Origin: an uncultured Hormoscilla sp.
GTDB taxonomy: Bacteria; Cyanobacteriota; Cyanobacteriia; Cyanobacteriales; Desertifilaceae
NCBI GenBank assembly: GCA_963921275.4
Contig: OZ001293.3
Coordinates: forward strand, 608,001-672,000
Direction: 5' to 3'
Length of the DNA stretch: 64,000 nucleotides
Below, piece after piece: positions 33,458-46,056 of this stretch; position 1 is the stretch's first letter; each line of letters starts with the position of its first letter. The notes under the pieces were generated by a model. The model did no database searches. It was not told the DNA's origin and was given only the letters and a program-made list of their open reading frames with translations. The position numbers were made by a program, and so were the translations under genes.

Positions 33458-35077
33458 ATGAACAATCAACAATTAACAATAGACAAAATTAGCTTCCGTA
33501 CAGTCCTAGTTATAGCGGGCATATTTTTCTGCTGCCTGCTGGGTTTCTCTCTCCATCGTCATTATAGCTTCTTTACCAGTTACGATCAAGGAATTTTCAA
33601 CCAGGTTTTCTGGAATAATCTCCACAGACGCTGGTTTGAAAGTTCTCTCTCTTCGGCTCTTTCTACTAATGTCGTTCACGATCGCTCATTCCCAGATGTT
33701 GGTTATCGCCGCTTGGGACAACATTTTACTCCCGCTTTGCTGCTGTGGCTACCTATCTATGCCCTATTTCCTTCCCCCGCGACTCTGTTGGCGATTCAGG
33801 TGACGCTGATTGCGGCGGCTGGTCTGCTACTCTATGTTTTGGCCAGAGTTTATCTCTCTCCTCGACTGGCTTTGACGATCGCGGCTAGTTATTACTGTGG
33901 CAATGCGGTAATCGGACCGGCCTTTTCTAATTTTAACGACCTGTGTCAGATGCCGCTATTTATCTTTGGGTTGCTGCTGGCCCTGGAAAAACGGGTTTGG
34001 TGGCTGTTTTGGTTGCTAGCAGTTGCTACTTTGGCGATTCGGGAAGATAGCGGCGTGGTATTGTTTGGAGTGGGAGTCTATATGGTGGGCAGTCGCAGGT
34101 TTCCTGGGCCGGGGTTGGCTTTATGTTCTCTTAGCTTTGGCTATATAATGTTGGCGACTAATCTGCTGATGGCGCTGTTTTCTCAGGATGTCTCCCGCCG
34201 GTTTACGATCGAACATTTCGGTCAGTATGCCCGGGGCAATGAAGCTTCGACTCTGGAGATTCTCTGGGGCATGATCTCTCAACCTCATAAGGTGATTATA
34301 GCACTATTCTCTCCTCTGGGCAAGACGATGAATTTCTTGGCCGGACAATGGTTGCCTTTGGCTTTTGTTCCGGCTGTTTCTCCCGCCTCCTGGGCGATCG
34401 GGGGTTTTCCGATGCTGCAACTGATGCTGCAAGAGGGGAGTTTTGCTCTGCGCTTGAATTGGCGTTATGCTATTACTGTTGTCCCCGGTATCTTTTATGG
34501 CACTATTTTATGGTGGTCCGCCCATGGCGATAAGTTTACTCCCTTGCTGCGCCGCTTCTGGATCGCTTGCTGGGCGATCGCCTTAACTTTTACTCTTTCC
34601 TCTAGTCCCCATCAGGTATTTTATTTCCTGATCCCTGATTCTCGGGAACCTTTAGTCTATACTTCTCTCAGTCAGCGTTGGGAACATGTGGGCCATATCC
34701 GAACTTTGATGCAGAAAATTCCCCCTGATGCTTCGGTTTCGGCAACTACTTTCCTGGTGCCTCATTTGTCCGGACGCCGGGAAGTTTTACGTTTGCCTGC
34801 TTTGCAACTGCGGAATGATGCTGCTGAAGTGGTTTGGGTGCAGTATGCGATCGCGGACTTCCAGCATTTCCGGCAATACTTGCCTGCTTTCAAGTTTTTC
34901 GGTCCCCAAATGTCAGCGACAATAACAGTAATTGACCGGGTTGTAGCCCAGGGTTTGTATGGGATAATTGAGGTAAGAGATGGAGTGGTGTTGCTGGAAA
35001 AAGGTATGTTATCTCAACCACAAGCTTTGACTGACTGGGAAACTTTGCGGGAACGGGTTCGTAGCACCGCCCACTAA
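33458..35077 (+). CDS. DUF2079-like membrane protein (GT-C-like)
   Basis: YDQGIFNQVFWN, LGQHFTPAL, many TM segments, ASVSATTFLVPHLS. Confidence 0.8.
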   Translation: MNNQQLTIDKISFRTVLVIAGIFFCCLLGFSLHRHYSFFTSYDQGIFNQVFWNNLHRRWFESSLSSALSTNVVHDRSFPDVGYRRLGQHFTPALLLWLPIYALFPSPATLLAIQVTLIAAAGLLLYVLARVYLSPRLALTIAASYYCGNAVIGPAFSNFNDLCQMPLFIFGLLLALEKRVWWLFWLLAVATLAIREDSGVVLFGVGVYMVGSRRFPGPGLALCSLSFGYIMLATNLLMALFSQDVSRRFTIEHFGQYARGNEASTLEILWGMISQPHKVIIALFSPLGKTMNFLAGQWLPLAFVPAVSPASWAIGGFPMLQLMLQEGSFALRLNWRYAITVVPGIFYGTILWWSAHGDKFTPLLRRFWIACWAIALTFTLSSSPHQVFYFLIPDSREPLVYTSLSQRWEHVGHIRTLMQKIPPDASVSATTFLVPHLSGRREVLRLPALQLRNDAAEVVWVQYAIADFQHFRQYLPAFKFFGPQMSATITVIDRVVAQGLYGIIEVRDGVVLLEKGMLSQPQALTDWETLRERVRSTAH

Positions 35078-35299
35078 CAGTTTCTGGGCCTACGCACCGG
35101 GGTTGAGAAACCGGGTCGGCTGCGCAGCAGCTAGCCTGTGCGCGCAATCTTGAGATGCTCAACTGCTAGCCGCTGCGCTGACGCCACGGCTACGCCTGCA
35201 CTAACGCCCCTACAGTTATCTTTGAAAAATGAAAGGCTCCCGAACCAGGAGGCTTACGGTAGGAGCCGGAGAAACCGGGTTTCTTTTACCTAAACGCCG

Positions 35300-35655
35300 A
35301 ACAAATTCTTGATGGGCCTGAGTTTGCAAACCCTACTGCAAAACTGCAAAAAGTTCACTCTGGTTTTTTTGGCGCAGGGACTCTACCGATAACCACAAAC
35401 CAGGGAACACAATACTAGAGATAATGCCATTGTCATCGAGGCGCAAAGGGACATAGCGACCTGCTTCCAGATAAAACCAATCAACTCGGTTCTCATAGAT
35501 TTGCCAGACAATATATTCTTGTACGCCATTGCGACGATAGGCATTGAGTTTGTCATGCAGGTCGTAAGCGGCGCTGCTGGCCGCAACTTCGACAATTAGT
35601 TCCGGCGATCGCCGTTTGAGCGCATGGGTAGGTCTAGCTGGGGACTGACAACCAT
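35300..35655 (-). pseudogene. Uma2 endonuclease with an internal deletion
   Basis: MVVSP...NGDR joined out of frame to PELIVEVAASSAAYDLHDKLNAYRRNGVQEYIVW...VFPGLWL. Confidence 0.75.
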
Positions 35656-35965
35656 AGGGGCAAAAAATAATTACTGCTAAGTCTATTTTATCATATCAAT
35701 AGCGTCAGGTAGGCGAGGGTGCGATCAAAATCCTTGGGTTTATAACAGGTATACCCGCCGGAATGGGATCTACTTGCGCTTTTTTCTGGTTTGGTTGGGA
35801 CCGAGGGGCGCTTGATCGCCGGAGAAACCGGGTTTCTTTTACTATCTCCGTGGAAATGCCAAAATCTGCGGTATAAACCCGGTTTCTGCTCCTCTCTGCG
35901 CCAGCTAGCTGTCTTGCACCAAAATAGGATACAATTTAAACATATCAGGTAGAGGTACAGTAGAT

Positions 35966-36649
35966 ATGGTACAGCAACTAGAACATTTAAAAAATCCTAC
36001 CCAGCCAGACATTATCTATCCCGATAGCGACGGTCAACCAATGGCAGATAACACCACACAATTTCGCTGGATCGTAATCATCAAGGAAAATCTCGAATTG
36101 CTGTTTGCGGCCTATGCCGATATTTTTGTCGCCGGAGACCTGTTATGGTATCCGGTTGAAGGAAATAATAAGATTAGAATGGCACCGGATGCCATGGTTG
36201 TCTTTGGCAGGCCCAAAGGCGATCGGGGTTCCTACAAACAATGGAGAGAAGATAACATTGCTCCGCAGGTAGTGTTTGAAATCTTATCTCCAGGGATCCG
36301 CGCTTCCGAAATGGACAAGAAATTGGAGCTTTACGATCGCTATGGCGTGGAAGAATACTACCTCTACGATCCCGAGAAAGTCAACTTGACCGGTTGGCTG
36401 CGTAGGGAAGGAAAATTAGAATCGATCGACAAGCTAGATGGTTGGGTAAGTCCCAGACTCAAGGTGCGGTTTGATTTGACAGGGCCCGAACTACAGATTT
36501 TCACGGCATCAGGCGATCGGTTTTTAACTTATTTGAAAATGGGACAACTCAAAGAACGGGAACGACAACGGGCCGAACAGGCTGAAGCGAGAATTAAAAT
36601 GCTTTCACACCGACTGCAAGAACTGGGCATCGATCCCGAACAGTTGTAA
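35966..36649 (+). CDS. Uma2-family PD-(D/E)XK endonuclease
   Basis: YPDSDGQPMADNT, APDAMV, PQVVFEILSPG, YGVEEYYLYDP. Confidence 0.92.
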   Translation: MVQQLEHLKNPTQPDIIYPDSDGQPMADNTTQFRWIVIIKENLELLFAAYADIFVAGDLLWYPVEGNNKIRMAPDAMVVFGRPKGDRGSYKQWREDNIAPQVVFEILSPGIRASEMDKKLELYDRYGVEEYYLYDPEKVNLTGWLRREGKLESIDKLDGWVSPRLKVRFDLTGPELQIFTASGDRFLTYLKMGQLKERERQRAEQAEARIKMLSHRLQELGIDPEQL

Positions 36650-37619
36650 TATCATGTCCGATCGAATGCCCTAACATAAAAATTGTATCACTTGTAGGTT
36701 GGGTTGAGGCACGAAACCCGATTGGGTAACGCGAGACACTCATGGTGGTGGGCGGTGCCCTTTGTTGCGAGAAAGATTACAAGATGTTAAGTTTTATAAC
36801 GGAAGTGGGATTGGTCAGACAGATGGGGTGGGATGAGTTGAATCACATTTTTAGTGGTGATACTGAGTTGGCCGGAAAACCTATGGTGGGGCACTGCTCG
36901 GGTGCTGGCGCTAAGGAGGGGGGGCCTGCTCGCTGGTGCTGGCGCTTTAGCGCTCACTACGAACCTAGAGAGAGGATGTAATGGAAAATTAGGAGGTATT
37001 ATTGGGCTCCACAGGCCCGCTAGAACTGCCTGATGGGAGTCGGTTGGGGCTTTTGGGCATTGCTGGAGATTCTATAGTACCCCAAAGTCTGGAAGGGCGA
37101 TCGGCTGGAGTGGAAAGTCAGGCAGTTCTAGTGCCGCTAGAGGTTAGTCCCGATGAGATTGAGGAAATTCCACCAGATGTAGACCCGTTGACGGGCATTC
37201 CAGAGACGGGGGGCACGAACAATAATTTAACTCTCAAGCTTGCTAATAATTCTGAAGCGCCTCTGCTTCTGGATATCGATCGCAATGGCAGAGTGGAAGC
37301 TTGGACCGATGGGATTATGATTGTTCGCCATCTGTGGGGATATTCTGGGGAGAGTGTGGTTCTATATGCAGTTGCGCCAGATGGGACGAGGACTGATGCG
37401 GCCGAAATTACATCATACCTTGATAAACTGGGTCTGGTCCTGGACGTGGATGGGGATGGCGAATTAATGCACCAGACAGATGGGGCAATGATTTTTCGCT
37501 ATCTGTTGGGATTTTCTGGTGTGTTTCTGGTTCACAATGTGATCGGCCCCGGCGCGACTCGGGATACGGTGGAGGAGGTGACGGCATACCTGGATGAACT
37601 CAAGAGTATGACTGTGACA

Positions 37620-38515
37620 CCTCCAGCAGAAAATCAAGCACCGGTACTGGAACCAGTAGGGGACCTGGAAGTGATGCCCGGCGGTCGTCTGGAGGTGCAG
37701 TTACAAGCAACAGACCCGGATGGAGATCCGATCAAATTCTTTCTGGGTAACTCATCAGCTCTGCCCACGGGAATGCTGGAAGGGAATGGCATTCTGGTAT
37801 TTACTCCGACAATAGATGAGTTGGGAACTTATAGTTTTACAATTATTGCCTCGGATGGCGAGTTGGAAGCGACAGAAGAGGTCACCTTGAAAGTGATACC
37901 GGATACGGTTGTGACTCCAGAACCTCCAGCAGAAAATCAAGCCCCGGTTCTGGAACCAGTGGGGGACCTGGAAGTGATGCCCGGAGGTCGTCTGGAGGTG
38001 CAGTTACAAGCAACGGACCCGGATGGAGATCCGATCACATTCTCTCTGGGTAACTCATCAGCTCTGCCCACGGGAATGCTGGAAGGGAATGGCATTCTGG
38101 TATTTACTCCGACAATAGATGAGTTGGGAACTTATAGTTTTACAATTATTGCCTCGGATGGCGAGTTGGAAGCGACAGAAGAGGTCACCTTGAAAGTGAT
38201 ACCGGATACGGTTGTGACTCCAGAACCTCCAGCAGAAAATCAAGCCCCGGTTCTGGAACCAGTGGGGGACCTGGAAGTGATGCCCGGAGGTCGTCTGGAG
38301 GTGCAGTTACAAGCAACGGACCCGGATGGAGATCCGATCACATTCTCTCTGGGTAACTCATCAGCTCTGCCCACGGGAATGCTGGAAGGGAATGGTATTC
38401 TGGTATTTACTCCGACAATAGATGAGTTGGGAACTTATAGTTTTACAATTATTGCCTCGGATGGCGAGTTGGAAGCGACAGAAGAGGTCACCTTGAAAGT
38501 GATACCGGATACGGT
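37620..38515 (+). repeat. Three near-identical 303-bp coding repeats (101-aa cadherin/Ig-like unit)
   Basis: CCTCCAGCAGAAAATCAAGC at 37620, 37923 and 38226. NQAPVL...ATDPDGD...ASDG. Confidence 0.92.
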
Positions 38516-39235
38516 GACGACGACTCGCATCTCTGGGACGATCCAAAATACAGAGGAAGAACCTCTAGCTAGCGTACCTATTGAACTGGGCGATTTGCAG
38601 ACGGTGACGGCGGCAGATGGTTCCTTCACTATTGAAATTACGGGTACGCTATCAGACGATACCCTGAAGGTGCGCGGGGAAGAAATAGCCGGAGACCTTA
38701 CCTACCCGTTCGTTGCGGAGAAGTTGCCCTGCTGCTAGGACGGGACCCGCTGACGGGAGTTAATAATGTCGTCAGTCGTCCGATATTCCTGCCGGCGATC
38801 GATATAGACAATGGGGTAAAAATTGACCCATCTGTGGATACGATGGTGACGACAGATGCTATCCCTGGGGCGGAAGTGTTCGTGGCAGCGGGAACCCTGG
38901 AAAGTATGGATGGCAGTCTGTTTACGGGCCAGTTGAGTATTACGGAAGTGCCGCGAGACCTCACCCCCGCAGCCCTACCAGAAAATCTGTTACCGGATGT
39001 CGTGGTAACTATTCAACCGGCAGAGATAATCTTTACTACGCCAGCACCCCTGTCGATGCCCAATGAGGCGGGCTACGATCCGGGAACGGAGATGGACCTG
39101 TGGTCAATTAATCCAGAAACGGGCGAATTTGAACGGGTGGGAACTGGTGAGGTAAGTGCGGATGGCAGTACGATTAATACGATAGAAGGCGGTATCCGCA
39201 ACAGTAGTTGGCATTTCTTTGTGCCATTTTTATTA

Positions 39236-39325
39236 TTAGAAGTGCCGACTGACCCAGAAGATAACCCGCGCAACCCAGATTTAGAAGTGCCGACTGACCC
39301 AGAAGATAACCCGCGCAACCCAGAT
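39236..39325 (+). repeat. 45-bp in-frame tandem duplication
   Basis: LEVPTDPEDNPRNPD occurs twice. Confidence 0.9.
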
Positions 39326-40339
39326 GATGAATGTAGCTGTTGTAAGGTAACGGCACCAGGGACTTCAGAGGTAGAATTGCATTCAGGTGCGGTGTTGGAG
39401 TCTCACGACTTGGTGCCTTATCAGTCTTTGGGCGTGAGTCGGGGTTTAACCCTCAGCTACGATTCTCTGCGGGCAGACCCCAGACAAATTATGCATTTTG
39501 GCTATGCTAACGTACAGGCGGACCAGAATCGCCGCTTGGTGGCCGAACTGGCAATCAGTCGGGGCGATTTTGAGTTCCAAGTACCGGGGTTTGCAGGGGG
39601 TGAGTACGGACTGGATGGGGGCGAACATTTTTGGTCCCTGCCCGGGAATGGCGGACTGGCGGATGCGGCGCTGCAAGCGGATATGCGTTTTCTATCTTCG
39701 GGTCGCTACGACTACGAACTGACGAGGGGACTGCTACAGTTGAATGATGAGAATCTGTTTAGCGGTTCGACTTCGACCAGTTCGGGACGGCTGCTGCATG
39801 TCAATAGGATCGACAGTCCCTTCGGTAATGGTTGGGGACTGGCGGAATGGCAGGAATTGGTGGAAAATCCCGATGGTTCGGTCCTGCTGATCGATGGAAA
39901 TGGTGGGGAACTGCTGTTTGAAGCGTCAGCAACAGGAGATGGTTACGAGTCTCCTCGTGGGGACTTCTCAACTCTGGAACGCTTGCCAAATGGGACTTTT
40001 CAGCGGACGATGAAGGACCGGACGGTCTACAGCTTTAACGGACAAAATCAGTTGGCGCGGATGGTAGACCGCAATGGGAATGAAACTGAGTATGTTTATA
40101 CGGGAGGCCAGTTAAGCAAGATTGTTGACCCGGTCGGACTGGAAACTACCTTTACCTATACTAATGGCAGGGTGACGGCGATCGCGGACCCAGCGGGGCG
40201 GGTGACTCTGTTGGAGTATGATGCAGCAGGAAACTTAACTAGGATTACTGACCCGGATGGCACTCGGCGGACTTGGGAGTACGATGCTAACAACCACATG
40301 ATTGCTGAGATTGACAAGCGGGGTAATCGAGAGGAGACT

Positions 40340-41210
40340 GTGCGATTCGTTCTAGCCTAACGTGGTCAAACACGGAACGCTAGCCCGGTTTCATTAGCCG
40401 GGAACTCTGACCGCATGGGGGTTAAATTCCCCTCCCCCCAGGTACGGGGGTGACACCGGTCCTCGGTGCTACGAAGCGACATCATCGTGGTGCTAAGCGA
40501 GGACTCAAATGTAGGATAACTGGCAGCCTAAGCCGGTGACGCCGCTAGGAAAGATATCCAAGGTTAGAGCAGGCAAACATGTGCAAGCCTCGTTATAAGG
40601 AACCAGCGAAATAAGGCTATATGCGCTGGCCTAAAAAGGAAATGGTAGCTAGTATTAGTTTTAGACTCTGGCTAATATAGTACTCAAATAGCTCCCGGGG
40701 TATAGTGTGGACCTAAAGGTATCGCGAAATGTTGTTAGGGAACGAAGTAACCTCTCGTGTGCTGTCCATCAGGACAAGTTAGATGTTAAGCGCAAGCCAC
40801 GGGGGGAGGGATGGCCCAAGAAGCGAATGCCCGGGGTAATTCCTGGGATAACATCTACAGTAATGTAGATGATGCTGGGTAGCCAGCGCTGACGTGGGTC
40901 GGTGATACTAGGAAGCTGCTGGAATGAGTAATCCTAAAAAGCCACGGAACTAATCCGAAACGCAAGTGGAGGATAAGGTATGGATAACTGGTAAAACTGA
41001 CTTGAAAATGGTGATACTAACGGTTATCAGAACAACCACTCGCTAAACCAGGAAAGGGAAGAAAAGACAGGCGGCAAGGGCTAACGGAAGTAATTCCTAT
41101 TAAGTCTACCTATGAAAAGGGCCTAGTACCCAGTAGCCGGATGCGGTGAAAATCGCAAGTCCGGTTCCTCAAGGGAGGGTCGGGAAGCGATTCCCGGCTC
41201 GACCCCATCC
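40340..41210 (+). mobile_element. ORF-less group IIB intron (871 nt), copy 2, sense orientation in the Rhs gene
   Basis: Same as 6359-7229 by eye. Removal gives GNREET|TYDFAGR. Confidence 0.92.
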
Positions 41211-41928
41211 ACCTATGATTTTGCCGGTCGCGCTGATGCAGCGGTAGCTAAGGATGGTTCTCAGTTAGATTTTGACCAGTCCAGGTGCAGGGACTGTACG
41301 AACCGGGTGAAACTATTGACCCCCTGGATGCCCCAGTGGCGTTCCAGTTGGGGGCTGTGGAGTCTAGTTATGTGGATGCAAATGGCAATACGATCGTCTA
41401 TACCTTAGACCAAGCGGGGCAAATTGTCTCGGCGATGGATGAAGTCGGGGCGTTACCGACGGTGGTCCGGAATGAGGAGAATCTCGTGACTAGCAGGACG
41501 GTGCCCGAGGTAATGTTACCTCCTTTACCTACGATGAGAATGGGAATGTCCTGAGTAGCGTCGATATCGGTCTGGTTAGCGGTTCGATCTCCGTACTGGG
41601 GGAAGTAGACGAGTTTACCTTTGAGGGAACGGCGGGACAATGGCTGTACTACGATGGTCTGGGTAATGACGTTAATATAGATGTCCAACTGCTCAGCCCT
41701 AGCGATGACATATTTAACGTCAGAAATAGGAGATTCTTGAGCCTGACGGAGACAGGTACATATCGCTTGGTTCTGAGAGGAAACACGGGCGACTACAGTT
41801 TCCGGTTGTTAGATGTGGCGGATGCTCCGACTTTGAATTTGGGTACCATTGTGACGGACAGTCTGGGCCCGGGCGCGGAAATGGATATCTATAAGTTCCG
41901 GGGCACTGCAGGTCAGCGGATCCTAGTT

Positions 41929-42823
41929 GGGCGTGTCATCAGTTAAGCCAAACAACAGTAGCAGCCAGGTAGATAGCACCCAAGAAATTCTGAGCCCTCT
42001 TATCGTAACGGGTGGCAATGGCTCGATATTGCTTGAGTTTGGCAAAAAAATTCTCAATCAAATGACGTGCTTTGTATAGATATTTGTCATAACGGCGTTG
42101 TTCTTTTCGATTGGATTTAGGCGGAATCACAGGTTCGCATTGCTGGGCTTCAAGACGTTTCAAAACCCGTTCGTCAGCATCAGAAGCTTTGTCTGCGAGT
42201 AACGCATCAGCCTTAATATTATCAAGTAACACATCAGCCCCTTCCAAATCGTGAGCTTGACCGGCTGTTAAATGAAAACCCGTTGGGTTCCCCAATGCGT
42301 CACAGGTCGCGTGAATTTTGGTACTCAAACCCCCTTTACGGCGTCCGATGGCTTGGTCGCAATCTTTTTTTTGAGCACCTGCACTATGTTGATGAGCCCT
42401 TTATATCGTGGCATCAATCATCGCATATTCGTTATCGGCATCGGACGCAAGTACCTTGAATACTCTTTCCCATACCCCGGATTTTGACCACCTACTATGG
42501 CGCGTATGAATTACCCTCAAGTCCCCAAATCGCTCGGGTAAGTCCCGCCAAGGTATCCCAGCTCTATATCGATACAAGACAGCATAGACAAATAAGCGGT
42601 TATCCTTAGCTGTCCCCCCCACATAACCCTCCCGACCTGGCAATAGGTCCCTGATTCTCTCCCACTGGTCATCTCTTAAAGCATAGCGACGCATTTCTCA
42701 AATTCTCCTGCTCTAACCTTTACCCTCTTAGATCACACCAATATATCCTGGTTGTCAACTCAATCATCTTGTTATATATTTTTGGTGGGGACCCATATCG
42801 TTAATCTAACTGATGACACGCCC
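41929..42823 (-). mobile_element. IS5-family (IS427-like) element, full length; orfA has an in-frame TAA, orfB 41939-42328
   Basis: 17-bp terminal inverted repeats GGGCGTGTCATCAGTTA. TKIHATCDALG...RHLIENFFAKLKQYRAIATRYDK, with an A-rich slippery site. Confidence 0.93.
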
Positions 42824-42833
42824 TAACATCTTA

Positions 42834-45085
42834 TCACAATTGCTCCCGGGCTGGAAGCGTGAAGTAGAAGGTGGCCCCCTGTCTCAGTTCTGATTCTACC
42901 CAGATGCGCCCGCGTGGCGATCGACTATTTTCTTGCAGATGACCAGACCGATGCCAGTGCCGGGATACGAGTATCGCGGTTGCAGGCGCTGAAAAATGAT
43001 GAAGATGCGATCGGCGAACTGGGGATCTATACCAATGCCATTATCCTGGACGGAGAATAGCCACTCACCATCAAGCTGTTTTGCCCCCACGTGAATTTGC
43101 GGAGGTTGGTCGCTGCGGAACTTGATGGCGTTGCCGATCAGGTTCTGGAACAGTTGGATCAGTTGGGTGCTATCGGCATTGAGTGCGGGCAAGGGGTCGG
43201 TGGTAATGACTGCTCCACTCTCAGCGATCCGGATCTGCAAATTGGTGAGGGCGCGATCTAATGCTGTCTCAACCGCAGTGGGCACAAACTCCTTGCCTCT
43301 GGTCCCCACCCGCGAGTAAGCTAACAAGTCATCAATCAGTGTTTGCATGTGGGTAACTCCCTCAACGGCAAAGTCGATGAACTCCTTGGCGTCTTGGTCG
43401 AGTTGGTCTATATAGCGCATCTCCAACAGCTGCACGTAGCTGGACACCAGATTCAGCGGTTCTTGTAAGTCATGGGAGGCGACATAGGCAAACTTTTCTA
43501 ATTCGGCATTGGAACGTTCTAGTTCCCGCGCTAATGAGGCTAGTTCGTCGGCTTGACGCAGGACGATGTTAATAATTGCATTCCTCAGTTCCCCTGCCGC
43601 CTCAATTTCACAGGGCTTCCAGGGTAAGGACTTGCAGCGCACGATTTCTTTCCATGCCTCAAATGACCCTCGAGGAGTCAGACGCACAGTTCCTTGGTCG
43701 GAGATGGTTTTGACAATGGGTTGATTGGGGTCTCCGGCCCAATTGACGGTTTGAATATATTCCGGTCGAAACCACAAAATATAATTCTGCTCTGCGATCG
43801 CAATTGCCAGTAACCCACTAGCTATATCTTTATACTTTTCTGCTGCCGGATAAATGCGAGGCAGAGAGTCGGTCGCGAAAACTTTTTCATCAGCCTGGTG
43901 TTCTAGCCAGACAATCAATTCCTGGATATCTGCATCTTCAGGTGTTCTTCCCACCTTAGTGCCCTGTTCGCCCCACCACACTACTGCGCCTTGAGCGCGA
44001 ACCAGATCGAGTAAATTCGGTTGATACTTAACCAACCCATCAATAAAATTCTTGGTGGTAGACATATATTCTACCAGTTTCCCTTGAATATCTTTCAATT
44101 CGACGCGATATTCATTGTTTTCATCCTCTTCTTTGACTGTCAGTTCTACGGACATCACTTGTCCGAGGAATTCACAAGCTTCCCGCACCTCATAATCTAC
44201 CTGCTTGGGGGAATAATGATGGCAAGATATCAGTCCCCAGAGTTGTTGTTCTTTAGTTAAAGAGATTACCATTGTAGCACTAACTCCCATATTTTGCAGG
44301 TATTCTCTATGACAGGGAGAGACCCCTCTGAGCACGGATAAGCTCAAATCCAGCGGACTGTTGCTCACAGGATTAGTTTCGGGAATAATTTTAACAGATT
44401 GACCATTTATATCCGTAATTAACCTGACCCATTTTAAGCCAAATAGTTTTCTACAGGGTTGAGTATCTGCTGCTGGGTAATGCAAACCCAAAAATGCTTC
44501 TAGGTCTGCTCGTTTATCTTCGGCGATTACATGACCGTGCCAATCCCGATCGAATTTATACAGCATCACCCGGTCAAATCTAGTTATTTTTCTGATTTCT
44601 TGGACAATGATTTGACTCATGTCCGAAATTTTTGATGTTTTTCGCAGCTTGAGAGCCGAGGCTTTAACTAAATGATAAAATTCTAAAAAGTAGATATCAT
44701 TCTGAGAATATGCTGGTTCTAATTCCAGAATCAAAACATTATCATTATTTCGATGAAAGATGCGATTAATTAATAAGTATTTATCTGCTTTTTTGAATCT
44801 CAACTTGATATAATTGAAAGAGTCAAAGTCATTATGTTTGATAATTTTGGTTAATTTTGCCATCTGAGATTTGGAGATGAATTTTCGCAAGGGCTTTTGC
44901 AGCATTTCTTGGGGGGCAACGTCGAATAAGCTAGGGGTATTGTTGCTCGCTTGTAAGATCTTGAGCTGGGGTTCTGCTAATGATAACAGGACGCCGTGAG
45001 GTTGAATGTAATCATAGAGGTGAATCTGTTCTTGCTCTAATTTACTCAAATCAAATGCTTGGAGATTTATGCTTGTGTTTTCCAT
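42834..45085 (-). CDS. cph1: Cph1-like phytochrome histidine kinase (PAS-GAF-PHY-HK), frameshift near the C-terminus
   Basis: IQPHG, FDRVMLYKF, SPCHREYLQNMGV (bilin Cys), PRGSF, ASHDLQEPL. The real tail RIWVESE...ATFYFTLP is in a shifted frame ending at 42834. Confidence 0.88.
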
Positions 45086-45139
45086 TGTCAGTTGTCAGTT
45101 GTCAGTTGTGAGAAGAAAATCAGACGGGGGCTCGACATC

Positions 45140-45260
45140 GAATGGCACTGACTTAAGCCCCAAAATCCTATTTGTCATTGCGAGGGGGTCGGAGGGATTA
45201 ACTTGTGTTGTATATGAGTTGACCCCCCCTCGCTCCGGACACGTTATGTCAGTGCCATTC
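45140..45260. mobile_element. MITE with GAATGGCACTGAC inverted ends carrying a GTCATTGCGAG palindrome (related end at ~51080)
   Basis: GAATGGCACTGACTTAA / TTATGTCAGTGCCATTC. Confidence 0.55.
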
Positions 45261-45273
45261 GGCCCTACATCTG

Positions 45274-45852
45274 ATGAATCCACTGGATCGATTCTCCCAT
45301 CGGGTGGGGGATTATGTCAAGTACAGACCCAGTTACCCAGCAGGGGCCATAGACAGGATCTTGCAGGGGTTGGACCGACCAGTAGCAGCCGCTCTCTGTG
45401 CCGGTACGGAGATCGCCTCCCGTTTGTTGGCCTCACGAGGGGCACCCGTCCTGCTGCGCGAGCCAAATGGGGCGATGAGAACAGCCGCAGCACCCCATCC
45501 ATTGGTAGAATTCCGGGATGGGACGGCGATGTCTCCCCGGAGTTGTGCGATTAGACACGCGAGCGGTCTCTTGGGTAGTGCGAGTAGCGCGGCCTTCGCG
45601 AGACACCTCACCGGGAGACATCGAAGGAAGGGACTCACCTCCCAGATGCCTCGGTGGATGCTGCCCTTAACCTTTGCTGGAGTTGGCACCCGCGATGCCG
45701 CCCTGATTCTATTTTATCAATCTTATTTTACCGCGTCAACTGCTGCGGCCCTAGGATTATTATGTACTTCCCGCTATCTGATTCCCGCGATCGGGGGTTT
45801 GCCCTTTTTGGGAAAATACATGGCTGGCATTCGTAGCCAAGATCCCCCTTAG
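45274..45852 (+). pseudogene. Chimeric remnant: SAM-methyltransferase N-terminus + palindromic insert + LPG-synthase-TM-like C-terminus
   Basis: RFSHRVGDYVKYRPSYP, then LPLTFAGVGTRDAA. Confidence 0.65.
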
Positions 45853-46056
45853 GCGCTCGCTCGATCGTGCCATGTTCGGACGGATCGCCAGTTTGTAACT
45901 AAACTGGGAAGTTATAGCATTCAGAGGGGAATATTGCGGAACCAACAACAGGAAAAAAATACTATCGCAACGAGGATTTGCCAGAGGAACTGAAAAAAAT
46001 GTTAACTCCATGTGGTAGCGCGTCTGGGCGAAAGTAGAATAAAATAGAGAAAAATT

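Larger units (their letters stand above)
36784..41928 (+). pseudogene. 5' half of a giant secreted Rhs protein (dockerin-like, three cadherin/Ig-like repeats, YD repeats, PPC-like), with frameshifts, an intron and an IS break
   Basis: ORFs 37002-38738, 38834-40360, 41285-41554 and 41737-41946 are collinear parts of one gene. Confidence 0.85.
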
